Source: a virus
Lineage: Duplodnaviria > Caudoviricetes
Direction: 5' to 3' (one strand)
DNA: 64,000 nucleotides
IMG/VR virus record: IMGVR_UViG_3300034059_000003
Span: 1 to 64,000 of that record
Shown: positions 48,932 through 58,125 of the stretch, piece by piece
How the letters are laid out: every line of letters begins with the position of its first letter
Position numbering within the stretch: position 1 is the first letter of the stretch
Position numbers and translations under genes: made by a program
The notes under the pieces: model-generated
Seen by the model: the letters and a program-made list of their open reading frames with translations, nothing else
Told to the model about the DNA's origin: nothing
Databases searched by the model: none

Positions 48932-49454
48932 AGTATTCAATTTTTTTGTTTCCCTTAAGAATATTCGCAAGATATCTATTGTTTGAGAAAGTAAAAACCA
49001 TCGAATAGAGACTTCTATTAATAGCATTACTTCCTTTTTTATTCCAATATAATAAGAATCCGAAACCATCTGTATGTTCATTAAGATAATAAACCAGTGG
49101 TTTTCCATGGATCTCTTTCAACTGTAAAGATGTCAGTCCAGGATACTCTCTATTCCAAAGTAATTTTGTCTCTTTCCAATTAACACTTTGATTTGATTTG
49201 TCAATTGTACCATCAGGATTTAACCGGATTTTCTTTTTATATTTCTTAATTCTTACATATCCAAGACGAAGAGGTATTTTAAATTCAACTGCTTCCTCAA
49301 TCAATAGTTTTGTTAATTCCTGATTAAAATCTTTTATTATAAGACTGAATCTTCTATATTCAAGGAACGCTGGATTATCTCGTTCTTTCTTCGTGAATTT
49401 CTGTCTGAAAAACTGATAGATCTCAGGTAATCCATTTTTTTCGTTATTCTTCAT
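48924..49454 (-). CDS. crAss-type IHF/HU-like DNA-binding protein
   Basis: F..IIKDFNQ.L...LIE...EFKIP.RLG.VRIKK, VNWKET.LLW, YLNEHTDG, YWNK. Confidence 0.7.
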   Translation of the reverse strand: MKNNEKNGLPEIYQFFRQKFTKKERDNPAFLEYRRFSLIIKDFNQELTKLLIEEAVEFKIPLRLGYVRIKKYKKKIRLNPDGTIDKSNQSVNWKETKLLWNREYPGLTSLQLKEIHGKPLVYYLNEHTDGFGFLLYWNKKGSNAINRSLYSMVFTFSNNRYLANILKGNKKIEYYE

Positions 49455-50154
49455 TACTTGCCACATTTAAAGTTTCGTTTGAATCATTTACTTTATCAGT
49501 AGGAGCACTCGTTAAAAATTTAAAGTTATCTTCAGTTATCTGGTTGCGGATATAATTCCACATCCATCTATTCATCGGATATTCATCATCGTCACTATAA
49601 CATGCTGTACCATCAATATGCGTGAAGTTTGAAACATCTTCAGGGTTCTCAAATATTCCACGGACGCCTAAGTATCTCATGTATACAAGAAAACTATCAC
49701 CACTCATATTCTTTGATATTACGAGTAGTTTAAGCCCATAACGGAAAGTAAATATCATATTTGAATTCCATCTTCCATTGCCACTAAATCTTGCTCGTTC
49801 AATTGGTACATATGAAAAAGGTCGACTCATTTTATCTATTGGTCCAACGCTGATTATTCCATCACTTTTATTTAACTCGATCGTTTTTGGAATATCAAGT
49901 TTGGTCTGTAAAACTGTATAACCGGTAAGATGTTCTGGACATGAACTCCTGTCTGCAAATTCAAGTTCCATACACAAAGTCTGTATTAACTGTTCATCAA
50001 CTGAATGAGATTTATTCAAATCATTTCGTAACCAGAGGGCTCTTTGATTATGAATCCAGTTCTTTATCATACGATCATCAAGTTTGTCGTCATCATAAAG
50101 ATTAAATTGACGAACTCTCTCTCTGATCTCATATATCATTTCATTTGATGTCAT
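49444..50154 (-). CDS. crAss-like tail ring/tubular protein
   Basis: T.NEMIYEI......DD..LD.R.I..WI..QRA.WL, QTLC.ELE..D...C, T..DIPKTI, VRGIFENP, EYPM. Confidence 0.75.
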   Translation of the reverse strand: MTSNEMIYEIRERVRQFNLYDDDKLDDRMIKNWIHNQRALWLRNDLNKSHSVDEQLIQTLCMELEFADRSSCPEHLTGYTVLQTKLDIPKTIELNKSDGIISVGPIDKMSRPFSYVPIERARFSGNGRWNSNMIFTFRYGLKLLVISKNMSGDSFLVYMRYLGVRGIFENPEDVSNFTHIDGTACYSDDDEYPMNRWMWNYIRNQITEDNFKFLTSAPTDKVNDSNETLNVASNEE

Positions 50155-50900
50155 TACTTGATTTTTTTATATAATAATTGGAATCCTTCAAATACAAAAA
50201 TTCCCGTAAGAGAATGGAACCACCATTGTTGATATACTTTTGGCGGATCATTTACTATCGTAATTTCTGCATTATTGATAGTTAGATATCTATTAGTAGT
50301 AGTAAAAACACCAACGGGCTTTCTTTTAAAAAGCCCATCATTCACATATCCAAGATACATTTGTCCTTTGATCGGAATCTCAAGATTAAAATATATCTGT
50401 CTATTTGCCCGCATACCTGCAATTAAATTAATATCTCTTGTATGCAAATCTATCAGAGTAAAAGGAACACGTAAGTAATCCTTTATCATAGATGAATCTT
50501 TAACTGTAATAAATTCCGATCCTGGTTGAATTGCCAAAGAATCCCTGAGAATCTTTATTGTGCCTTCAAGTTTTGCATTTGCTACAAGACTTTTTAAATG
50601 AAGTGCTTTCAATGTAGAATTCTCAAGGATTCCGGCATCAATGGCATCTTGCTGGGATAAAATCAAAGCATCTTTTTCAAAGACTAACATCTTCAGTCCT
50701 TTGATCTCTATCTCGTATGACCTGATTGAATCACGTTGAGCAATGATATTATATTTTAAGGTATTTCGGATCCTTAAAGTACTATATCTTCCTCCTATGA
50801 AGGAACCAACCATTATCAAAAGAAAGATTATTGTATAGAGAATCTTATTGTTAGATTTCTCCATCTTCTCTTTTATCCAAGCAAGAAACCACTTTTTCAT
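50154..50900 (-). CDS. Membrane-anchored coiled-coil protein (spanin-like candidate)
   Basis: N-terminal TM (ILYTIIFLLIMVGSFIGG), coiled coil, C-terminal hydrophobic WWF..LTG segment; follows the holin and lysin. Start is 50900 or 50864. Confidence 0.5.
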   Translation of the reverse strand: MKKWFLAWIKEKMEKSNNKILYTIIFLLIMVGSFIGGRYSTLRIRNTLKYNIIAQRDSIRSYEIEIKGLKMLVFEKDALILSQQDAIDAGILENSTLKALHLKSLVANAKLEGTIKILRDSLAIQPGSEFITVKDSSMIKDYLRVPFTLIDLHTRDINLIAGMRANRQIYFNLEIPIKGQMYLGYVNDGLFKRKPVGVFTTTNRYLTINNAEITIVNDPPKVYQQWWFHSLTGIFVFEGFQLLYKKIK

Positions 50901-50904
50901 CGTC

Positions 50905-51312
50905 TTATTCTTTTGGTTTGAACCATCCATCTACTTTATCAAGTATGGCTTTAACAAAAGGAATATCGAACATTCCATTTGCTACGAGTCCGGCAGCAAA
51001 ACCATAATAGATAGCTTTAAAGATTGGAAAGTCAGCTGCAAAACCATAATTTAATAAATCTGCTGCAACTATGATAATAATAGAAACTCCCCAGGCTACA
51101 AGTTGTTTTACGAACTTTTTTGTCACCTTAAGAACACCATTTAACATAGCTGCAAAGAAAGCTGATATTACAGCAAGACCTGCCAAAGAACCAAGATACA
51201 CATCCAATTTTGTAATTACATCAAGGATGTTTGTTGGATCAGGAATTTCCTGAGCATTGAGAACTCCAATTGTTACAAATAGTAACCCAAAAATGAAAAT
51301 GATTTTTTTCAT
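50905..51312 (-). CDS. Holin-like multi-TM membrane protein with N-terminal signal peptide
   Basis: MKKIIFIFGLLFVTIGVLNA|Q followed by three hydrophobic helices; adjacent to the lysin. Confidence 0.6.
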   Translation of the reverse strand: MKKIIFIFGLLFVTIGVLNAQEIPDPTNILDVITKLDVYLGSLAGLAVISAFFAAMLNGVLKVTKKFVKQLVAWGVSIIIIVAADLLNYGFAADFPIFKAIYYGFAAGLVANGMFDIPFVKAILDKVDGWFKPKE

Positions 51313-51350
51313 GATGTTTGAAATTTAGTTAATACTGCATTTGAATCTCA

Positions 51351-51818
51351 TTATTGTTTAATAGTAATGAATACTCTATAATTTAGTTTTGCTTTACGAA
51401 CCATCTCTGTTATTATCGTAGAATAAAGTCTTCCATCTACAAGTTGACCTTTTATTTTATTTAATCCTACTCCTATACAACCAAGCGTATCTTCTTTGTC
51501 AACAACAGAATGTATCAAAATACCAGAGAATCCTTTTACCCCTTTTAATCTTGGATATTCTTTTCCATATTTCTTCCAAAACCATAACTCGACTTCATAT
51601 CTTCCACAAGGGATTGCAGTGTCACCATATACTTTCCCTTCTCCCGGATCATTAAAATCTCCATCATTGTTTTTATCAACCAATTCACGAATAGGATCCT
51701 CAAGTGTATCACAAAGAATATTATTTGTCTTTTCATCAGAATAACGATATAAGAATTTACCTATTGTATAGTCTGGTAATAACCATTTTCTGTAAACCTC
51801 AAGTTCTAATGTTTTCAT
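51351..51818 (-). CDS. DUF5675-family putative endolysin
   Basis: YTIGK...CDTLEDP.R...KVYGDTAIP.GRY...V.GFSGILIH...DT.GCI.VG. Confidence 0.8.
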   Translation of the reverse strand: MKTLELEVYRKWLLPDYTIGKFLYRYSDEKTNNILCDTLEDPIRELVDKNNDGDFNDPGEGKVYGDTAIPCGRYEVELWFWKKYGKEYPRLKGVKGFSGILIHSVVDKEDTLGCIGVGLNKIKGQLVDGRLYSTIITEMVRKAKLNYRVFITIKQ

Positions 51819-51821
51819 AAA

Positions 51822-52220
51822 TTATTCTTTTAATGCTTCACCAAGATTTTTTATTCCAATAGTATTCCCATTGTCATTATATGAAAGACCACGTTTTTTT
51901 GCCAGTGATGAAATTACCTTTCTTTGAAAACTAAAGTACTCATTCTGGATCTGTCTAACTTTATCCTGATCATTTTCTTTTATACCGATCAGTTCCTTTG
52001 TCATCAACTGATTACTCTCAAGTATCGCGTCTATAACAAAAAGTGGTGTGTAATCGTCATTTATTTTCTGGACTCTTTCTTCAAGATTGTTCTGAGCAAC
52101 AGTCAGTTTAATTGACAATGTTATCTGTGTAATGCCAACTCCTATAAATACAGACAGAAGAGCAATTATGATCTTCTGCATCGAGTCACCTTTTTCTTTA
52201 GTATGTTCTTTTTTTTCCAT
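51822..52220 (-). CDS. Single-TM coiled-coil protein (lysis-module associated)
   Basis: TM IIIALLSVFIGVGITQITL followed by coiled coil. Confidence 0.55.
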   Translation of the reverse strand: MEKKEHTKEKGDSMQKIIIALLSVFIGVGITQITLSIKLTVAQNNLEERVQKINDDYTPLFVIDAILESNQLMTKELIGIKENDQDKVRQIQNEYFSFQRKVISSLAKKRGLSYNDNGNTIGIKNLGEALKE

Positions 52221-52248
52221 TATAGTAAATTATCAGCGTTAATAATAT

Positions 52249-54240
52249 TTAGTTCTTTATAAAAGTGTCGTCAAATATTACAAAATCGTTTCCATATTTT
52301 ACGTAATTATTTACCAATGGTGGACTTGATGTAGTAAATTCTACATCACTACCATAACCAGTCCCAGCACTATTTGTTGCATATGCACGAATATGATATA
52401 TAGTTGATGCGGTAAGTCCCGATAAAGAACTTGTAAACGATCCTTCTCCTGTACCATCGGAAGTATGTGTATCTGTCGTAGTAGGATTAATAGATGTACT
52501 CCAACATATTCCTTTAACAGTTACAGTACCATTACCATCAGATGTTACATTACCTCCGGAAGAGGCTGTAGTGGTAGTTATATTTGAAGTGGATGTTGTA
52601 GTAACAGTTGGAACAACAACTGTTATTGTACCATATTGAAAAGCACCTATACTTGGATTTGTACCATCAAATGATTCTCCGTTGAAGTCAAGAAGAATAT
52701 CAAGATCCTGGCCTGCTGTTTTTATTGTTGACGAAGATGTTAAAGTATAATCTCCACCAGATAGATCAGTAAATAATGGATTAACAAAGTAACCATGCAA
52801 TTCCCAACTTAATACACTCTGCAATGATGATAGAGTATTCATATAATACATTGCTGAACTTTCGTTTTCAACAACACGAAGAGAATTACTAACGCGATAG
52901 TAAGCATTATAATCTGCAGTCTGATAAGTTAAATCACGGCCATAGGCACGTACAAAGAGTTCACAACCATTATTGTCGTCAGTACTGGTTGTGTAAAAGA
53001 CATTATTCTTTATTCTAATAGTATCGTTGTTTGCATCAATCCAAACATGTGCCCAAGAAGTTGACTTATGATTTACAAAAGTATTATTATAGATATAAAC
53101 ACTTTGAGCTCCCTCCATATTTATTGAGGCAGATACAGGGGAAATAAAAACATTAGAATAGATATAGAGATTACAAATAGTTGATGAGAGATCAGAATAG
53201 TCATAGTTCTGAACAAAGATCTGATGCACGTCGTTCGTTGCATTATTATTTGTGTCATCAAAACTATTTCTCCGTATAATTGTATTATGAATCTTCATAC
53301 CTGTACCATTGCCTACTGAAATATCAACACCGGTTGTATGATAACAGTTATAAAACTCATTATCTTCTATAATAATGTTTGAAACAAGATATCCACCATA
53401 TAAATGAAAGGAAAGAGCTCTTCTTCCAATATCATGCATCTTACAATTTTTTACAAGCATTTCATTATATATTGCTTGTGTACCATAAGCATCTTCAGAG
53501 TTTTTAATACCTATATATCCTAACTCAAGATTCTGAATTTTTAAACCTGTCTTTTCTTGCCAACCACCATCTGCAGCATCAAACTGAATCCCGGCATAAC
53601 CACAATAAAAAATATTAACGCCATTTATATCGATGTAATTTTGGTAGTTAAGATCTATAATAAACGATTGTTGTGGTATTTCTATAGAAGTATATCTGGT
53701 ATCTGGATCTGTCACAGCATATACATAAACTTTTCCACCTGTGTAATACCAATTATATTCTGCAGTTAAATATGCAATTCCTGTTTTATGTATTCCCCAT
53801 GTTACTGCTCCTGAAGTGCTTTCAAAGAAGACCTCACAACCGCCAGGCCCTGATCGTCCATACATATCAGTTGCATCAGGATCTGTAACAGTCGCATCAC
53901 AAACCCATACATTAGTACTATATGATGACCATGTTGACTTTACAGAACCAAGGATCCTTGGATTATCACCGGTACCATATTTTCCTATGATAATATAATT
54001 TGCTGTAGTTCCACTTCCGGTAAGTGACAACATACCACGAAAAGTGTCACCACACTTGAAAAGGACCTGATCTCCGGCCACAAGAGTTGTAGCATTGACT
54101 TTTGTTATACTTGCCCATGCGAGTACCTCTGTCTGGCCTGAATCGTTGTCATTACCATCAGAAGAACTTACATAATATATTGTCGCATACAATGGAGATG
54201 CGATAAGAACCATCAATAATATAAGAATCTTTTTCATCAT
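52249..54240 (-). CDS. Signal-peptide-bearing right-handed beta-helix (pectin-lyase-like) protein with C-terminal FN3
   Basis: MMKKILILLMVLIASPLYA|TIYYVSSSDGND.NSG-type N-terminus, GD.VLFK.GD.F.G, repeated I.NN.F strands, and an FN3 unit ending RAYATNSAGTGYGSDVEFTT. Confidence 0.78.
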   Translation of the reverse strand: MMKKILILLMVLIASPLYATIYYVSSSDGNDNDSGQTEVLAWASITKVNATTLVAGDQVLFKCGDTFRGMLSLTGSGTTANYIIIGKYGTGDNPRILGSVKSTWSSYSTNVWVCDATVTDPDATDMYGRSGPGGCEVFFESTSGAVTWGIHKTGIAYLTAEYNWYYTGGKVYVYAVTDPDTRYTSIEIPQQSFIIDLNYQNYIDINGVNIFYCGYAGIQFDAADGGWQEKTGLKIQNLELGYIGIKNSEDAYGTQAIYNEMLVKNCKMHDIGRRALSFHLYGGYLVSNIIIEDNEFYNCYHTTGVDISVGNGTGMKIHNTIIRRNSFDDTNNNATNDVHQIFVQNYDYSDLSSTICNLYIYSNVFISPVSASINMEGAQSVYIYNNTFVNHKSTSWAHVWIDANNDTIRIKNNVFYTTSTDDNNGCELFVRAYGRDLTYQTADYNAYYRVSNSLRVVENESSAMYYMNTLSSLQSVLSWELHGYFVNPLFTDLSGGDYTLTSSSTIKTAGQDLDILLDFNGESFDGTNPSIGAFQYGTITVVVPTVTTTSTSNITTTTASSGGNVTSDGNGTVTVKGICWSTSINPTTTDTHTSDGTGEGSFTSSLSGLTASTIYHIRAYATNSAGTGYGSDVEFTTSSPPLVNNYVKYGNDFVIFDDTFIKN

Positions 54241-55724
54241 TCTATTCCTTTAGAGTTTGAATCCATGTATGTTTCTATAGCTGCATTGACATCATCTACT
54301 AAACCTGCCAATGAACCACCAAGATGAACAACAGATATCTGTGCATCACAAAAACGTTTTGGTACTGGTCCAGTTGGCGCATTAATGCAAAGAATATACG
54401 GTTTTGCATAACTATTAACAGCGGTTGAAGTATATGATGCTGTTTCAAGTAAAGTCCCGTTTCTATATAACACTAAATCAGATGAATTTGGCTTATCAAC
54501 TGTCCAATAACCTCTTGATTCACCACTCCATTCATTTGCATAATCTTCTCCACCAGTACTATTAAGACAGTATATAACACCATATGAACCAAATGAAGAA
54601 GAAAATTGATTGTATGCATTACCATCATTAGTACATCCGAACATCCATTTACCTTCTGTTGCTGTGTACCCAACACGAACATAAAGTCCATAAGATGCAT
54701 TGTTTAGTGTATATTTAGTCAAATTACTAAGATACATTCCACCAGCTTCAAGATAACCATTACTCGTATCATCTCCACCTTCAGTTGCAGTACCTTTAAA
54801 TCCTTCATATGCTGTAAATACCGGGGTATTATGAATGATAGAATTATAAGTACCAGGATTCTTCCAATTGATTAAAGCCTCTGAACCACTATTTGAATGA
54901 GTGGCAAATACATAGAATATATCAAATGTTGTCCAGGCACCACACGCTTTCAATGTTTTAACCAGTGTATTCTGATTGGATCCAACCGCTACAGACGGTT
55001 TATTGGTCATTGCATTATAAACAGCATAATATTCATCAGTATATATATCACCAGCTTCAAATAAATCACCGAGAGTTACTCCATTATTATAACCAGTTAT
55101 ACCTGCCTTTCCAGAAGTATATTCTGTTACTGTAGCTGAACCACTTGTGCCAACACCAGTATCAACTGATCCATTTAGATATGCAGTTATGGTAGTACCA
55201 TTAATTTCTAATCTTACAGTAGCACCTGCACTTATTGATGCAGTACCTGCTGATCCAAGATTTGTCTTTACACCATTATCTATTCTAAATAAACGCTGTG
55301 TACCATTCATTACATAGTAACCATATCCACAAGTTGTAGCCCCAGTACCAGATAATCTAACACCAACTCCCATTGCATCACTTACATCACCAACATTTGA
55401 TATTGTTATTTGTGCATATTGATTTGTACCGAAAGTGGCATCATATTGAGCAACTGTAACTGAAGTAGAAGTATAAGACTGAACTAATCTCGCACCATTT
55501 CCACCATCATATACAGTAATGGAATTTAATAAAACATCCCAATTACCTTGTCCATTTAGAGATGCTACAGAATAGGTGTTGAAGTTATCCGTATATGCCG
55601 GACCATAATGTAATGTTTCTCCTGAAGGAACACGATATGAAGAGGCAACTACGCCAGGTATTACCTGTGATGTTACAGATAGCGATACTATAAGTAACGA
55701 TAGAAGAAATGTTAACTTTTTCAT
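54237..55724 (-). CDS. Signal-peptide-bearing lectin/LamG-like (beta-sandwich) fibre-associated protein
   Basis: MKKLTFLLSLLIVSLSVTS|QVIPGVVASS; G/T/S-rich beta domains (VRLEINGTTITAYLNG, LVLYRNG). Confidence 0.6.
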   Translation of the reverse strand: MKKLTFLLSLLIVSLSVTSQVIPGVVASSYRVPSGETLHYGPAYTDNFNTYSVASLNGQGNWDVLLNSITVYDGGNGARLVQSYTSTSVTVAQYDATFGTNQYAQITISNVGDVSDAMGVGVRLSGTGATTCGYGYYVMNGTQRLFRIDNGVKTNLGSAGTASISAGATVRLEINGTTITAYLNGSVDTGVGTSGSATVTEYTSGKAGITGYNNGVTLGDLFEAGDIYTDEYYAVYNAMTNKPSVAVGSNQNTLVKTLKACGAWTTFDIFYVFATHSNSGSEALINWKNPGTYNSIIHNTPVFTAYEGFKGTATEGGDDTSNGYLEAGGMYLSNLTKYTLNNASYGLYVRVGYTATEGKWMFGCTNDGNAYNQFSSSFGSYGVIYCLNSTGGEDYANEWSGESRGYWTVDKPNSSDLVLYRNGTLLETASYTSTAVNSYAKPYILCINAPTGPVPKRFCDAQISVVHLGGSLAGLVDDVNAAIETYMDSNSKGIE

Positions 55725-57553
55725 GCTTCAATGTCTCCAATTAAAATCCATGTATCTGTGTCTGTCTTAATTATAGTGCAACTGGACCATTGTACTCTAA
55801 GATCCTTATAACTTCCAGCACTATTAAGCGTACCTCCTGAAGTAATTGCTATTGTCGTTTCTCCTGCACCACCCTGTATAATTGTAATCTGTGTTCCTGT
55901 TGGAAAAGCAACTGAAGAATTAAGAGGAATAGTAAATGTATTGGCAGATGCATTAGTCATCGTAACAATCTTATAAGCATCACCAATTACTGCTGTATAC
56001 GTTGTTCCTGTCTGTGCATTAAGAGTAACACTCTTTGGTGCTTTTGCATCAAGTTGTGTTTGTACAGCACTTGTTACACCATCCATATATGCAAGTTCAG
56101 TAGCATCTACAGAACTTACTGATGTTCCCCATGCAGATCCTGTTGAAATAGGAATTCCGGCTCCAGGATATACCATACTACCACTACCATTTGCAACCCA
56201 AGATCTCGTTCCTCCAGTTGTTGAAGATAGAACATATCCAGTCGTTCCTGGATTACCAAGAGAACTTTCTTTTGCTGCAAGACCTGTTGTTAAATCATAA
56301 TTTGATGCATAATGTCCCGAGCCAGGTACTGAGTCTGCAATCATCACTGCTAAACTTGATAAAGAAATTGCACCACCAAGTCTTGCAGAAATACTATCAT
56401 TAATCAATGTTGGGATAGTAGACATCGCATATGCTGTAGTTGCTATCTGTGTAGTATTTGTCTTTGCAGTAGCAGTTGGAGCAATTGGAACCCCTGTTAA
56501 TGTTGAACTTGTAAGTATTGTCTCTTTTGATTCATTAGTAACGTTACCAAGACCAACATCAGATGAAACAAGAGAAAGGGCAGTTTTAAAATTTGCAACG
56601 GATAAGGTTGAAATAGTATTATCAGCATTAAACCTTGGAAATGTTATTGCTCCTGGATTTGTAAGAGTAAATATATTACTACCTATTGTTGTCGCTCCTA
56701 ATGACGTTCTTCCTGTAGCAGCTGTCAATCCTGTTGCACCACCGTCCCACTTAAGACGGTCTGTATAAGCAGTAACTGCATTAGTGCCGTTAGTATTTAC
56801 CCAAGTATATGCAGTATTCCAATTCGTTGAGTTATCTGTTATTGACGTACCCCAAGCAGAAGAACCTCCATAAACAACAATTCCGGCTGTTGCCGGCCAT
56901 GTCATTGATCCTCCACTACCATTTGCAACCCAAGATCGTACTCCGGCTGCCGAAGAAGATAATACATAACCATCAGTTCCTGGATTACCTAATGCTGCTT
57001 CTGCAGATATAGCAGTTCTGAAGTTTGCTGCACTTAATGTCGAAACAGTATTATTAGCATTTATTTGAGGAAATGTAATGGCACCAGGATCTGATAGTGT
57101 AAAAAAATTGCTACCAACTGTTGTTGCACCAAGAGATGTTCTACCAGTTGCAGCAGTAAGTCCAGTAGAACCTCCATCCCATTTTAATCTATCTGTATAA
57201 GCTGTTACGGCATTAGCCCCATTTGAATTAACCCAAGTATAAGCGGTATTCCAGTTTGTAGAGTTGTTTGTTATACTCGTTCCCCAAGATGTACCTGCAG
57301 AAACAGCAATGCCGGCAGTAGGATATACCATTGTTCCACCACCGGAGTTATAAACATAGTCACGTACATCTTGTAATGATGCTACAGTGTCAGTTGTTCC
57401 AATAAGGAGTGTTGCTTTATTAAAGGCGACAGAATCCTTAAAGAATGATTTGTATCTTATAGGAACCCATCCATTTGATAATCTGAATCTCGTTTGACCG
57501 CATGAGATCAATGTAAAACAGATTAGAACCGAAATGATTAGACTTTTTTTCAT
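55721..57553 (-). CDS. Signal-peptide-bearing tail-fibre-like protein with internal duplication
   Basis: MKKSLIISVLICFTLISCG|Q; T/A/G-rich repeats; C-terminal fibre domain TLNAQTGTTYT...FTIP.N.SVAFP.GTQI.I.Q.GAG...K.DTDTW.LIGD. Confidence 0.7.
   Translation of the reverse strand: MKKSLIISVLICFTLISCGQTRFRLSNGWVPIRYKSFFKDSVAFNKATLLIGTTDTVASLQDVRDYVYNSGGGTMVYPTAGIAVSAGTSWGTSITNNSTNWNTAYTWVNSNGANAVTAYTDRLKWDGGSTGLTAATGRTSLGATTVGSNFFTLSDPGAITFPQINANNTVSTLSAANFRTAISAEAALGNPGTDGYVLSSSAAGVRSWVANGSGGSMTWPATAGIVVYGGSSAWGTSITDNSTNWNTAYTWVNTNGTNAVTAYTDRLKWDGGATGLTAATGRTSLGATTIGSNIFTLTNPGAITFPRFNADNTISTLSVANFKTALSLVSSDVGLGNVTNESKETILTSSTLTGVPIAPTATAKTNTTQIATTAYAMSTIPTLINDSISARLGGAISLSSLAVMIADSVPGSGHYASNYDLTTGLAAKESSLGNPGTTGYVLSSTTGGTRSWVANGSGSMVYPGAGIPISTGSAWGTSVSSVDATELAYMDGVTSAVQTQLDAKAPKSVTLNAQTGTTYTAVIGDAYKIVTMTNASANTFTIPLNSSVAFPTGTQITIIQGGAGETTIAITSGGTLNSAGSYKDLRVQWSSCTIIKTDTDTWILIGDIEA
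56573..57286 (-). repeat. Two ~94-aa direct repeats (57005-57286 and 56573-56854; period 432 nt)
   Basis: WGTSIT.NSTNWNTAYTWVN.NG.NAVTAYTDRLKWDGG.TGLTAATGRTSLGATT.GSN.FTL..PGAITFP occurs twice. Confidence 0.9.
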
Positions 57554-58125
57554 TAGTATATTATTTTAATTCGTACATCATCAATTGCATCAGAAGAATA
57601 CACGGTAATTACATAAATACCACCGACAAGACTTATTATTGGATCACCAAGATTCTTAGTAATCACAATACCATCAGAATCAATGAACTCAATATTATAT
57701 GGTTCATATGTCAATGTTGTAGTAATTATGTTATTACCAACAACAAGATCTTGTGTTATTGTATATTTTGCCATGTCGGAAACAGTGTTAGTTGTTGGAG
57801 TAGTAACAATAGGAGTTGTATTTGAACTCCTTTCATAGTTATATCTGTCCAGTTCGCGGTAAGCATCGTCAATTATACTTTGGATATCATTAACAGTAAG
57901 TACATTATAGTATTCTGTTACAGCAACATCACCTATTACCTGATAACGATAAAGTATCTCAATATACTTTGAAATTAAGATGTTTCTTTTATTAAGGTTG
58001 GCAAGAAATAACTGACCTCCTGTATGATAAGCAAAAGACTTTGACAGGTCTTCAGCAAGACGACTATGCAATAATTGAATTGTTGCTATATCACTATTCA
58101 ATATATTCTGATCCAGAACTTGCAT
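57553..58125 (-). CDS. Hypothetical (probably structural) protein
   Basis: 190 aa, coupled to both neighbours; helical N-half, beta-rich C-half after a T/P linker. Confidence 0.55.
   Translation of the reverse strand: MQVLDQNILNSDIATIQLLHSRLAEDLSKSFAYHTGGQLFLANLNKRNILISKYIEILYRYQVIGDVAVTEYYNVLTVNDIQSIIDDAYRELDRYNYERSSNTTPIVTTPTTNTVSDMAKYTITQDLVVGNNIITTTLTYEPYNIEFIDSDGIVITKNLGDPIISLVGGIYVITVYSSDAIDDVRIKIIY

Noticed and set aside
52249-52330. Type IX secretion C-terminal domain on the exported beta-helix protein
   Set aside because: The tail after the FN3 unit is only ~25 aa and lacks the ~70-80-aa CTD with its YxxxG/KxxxK pattern.
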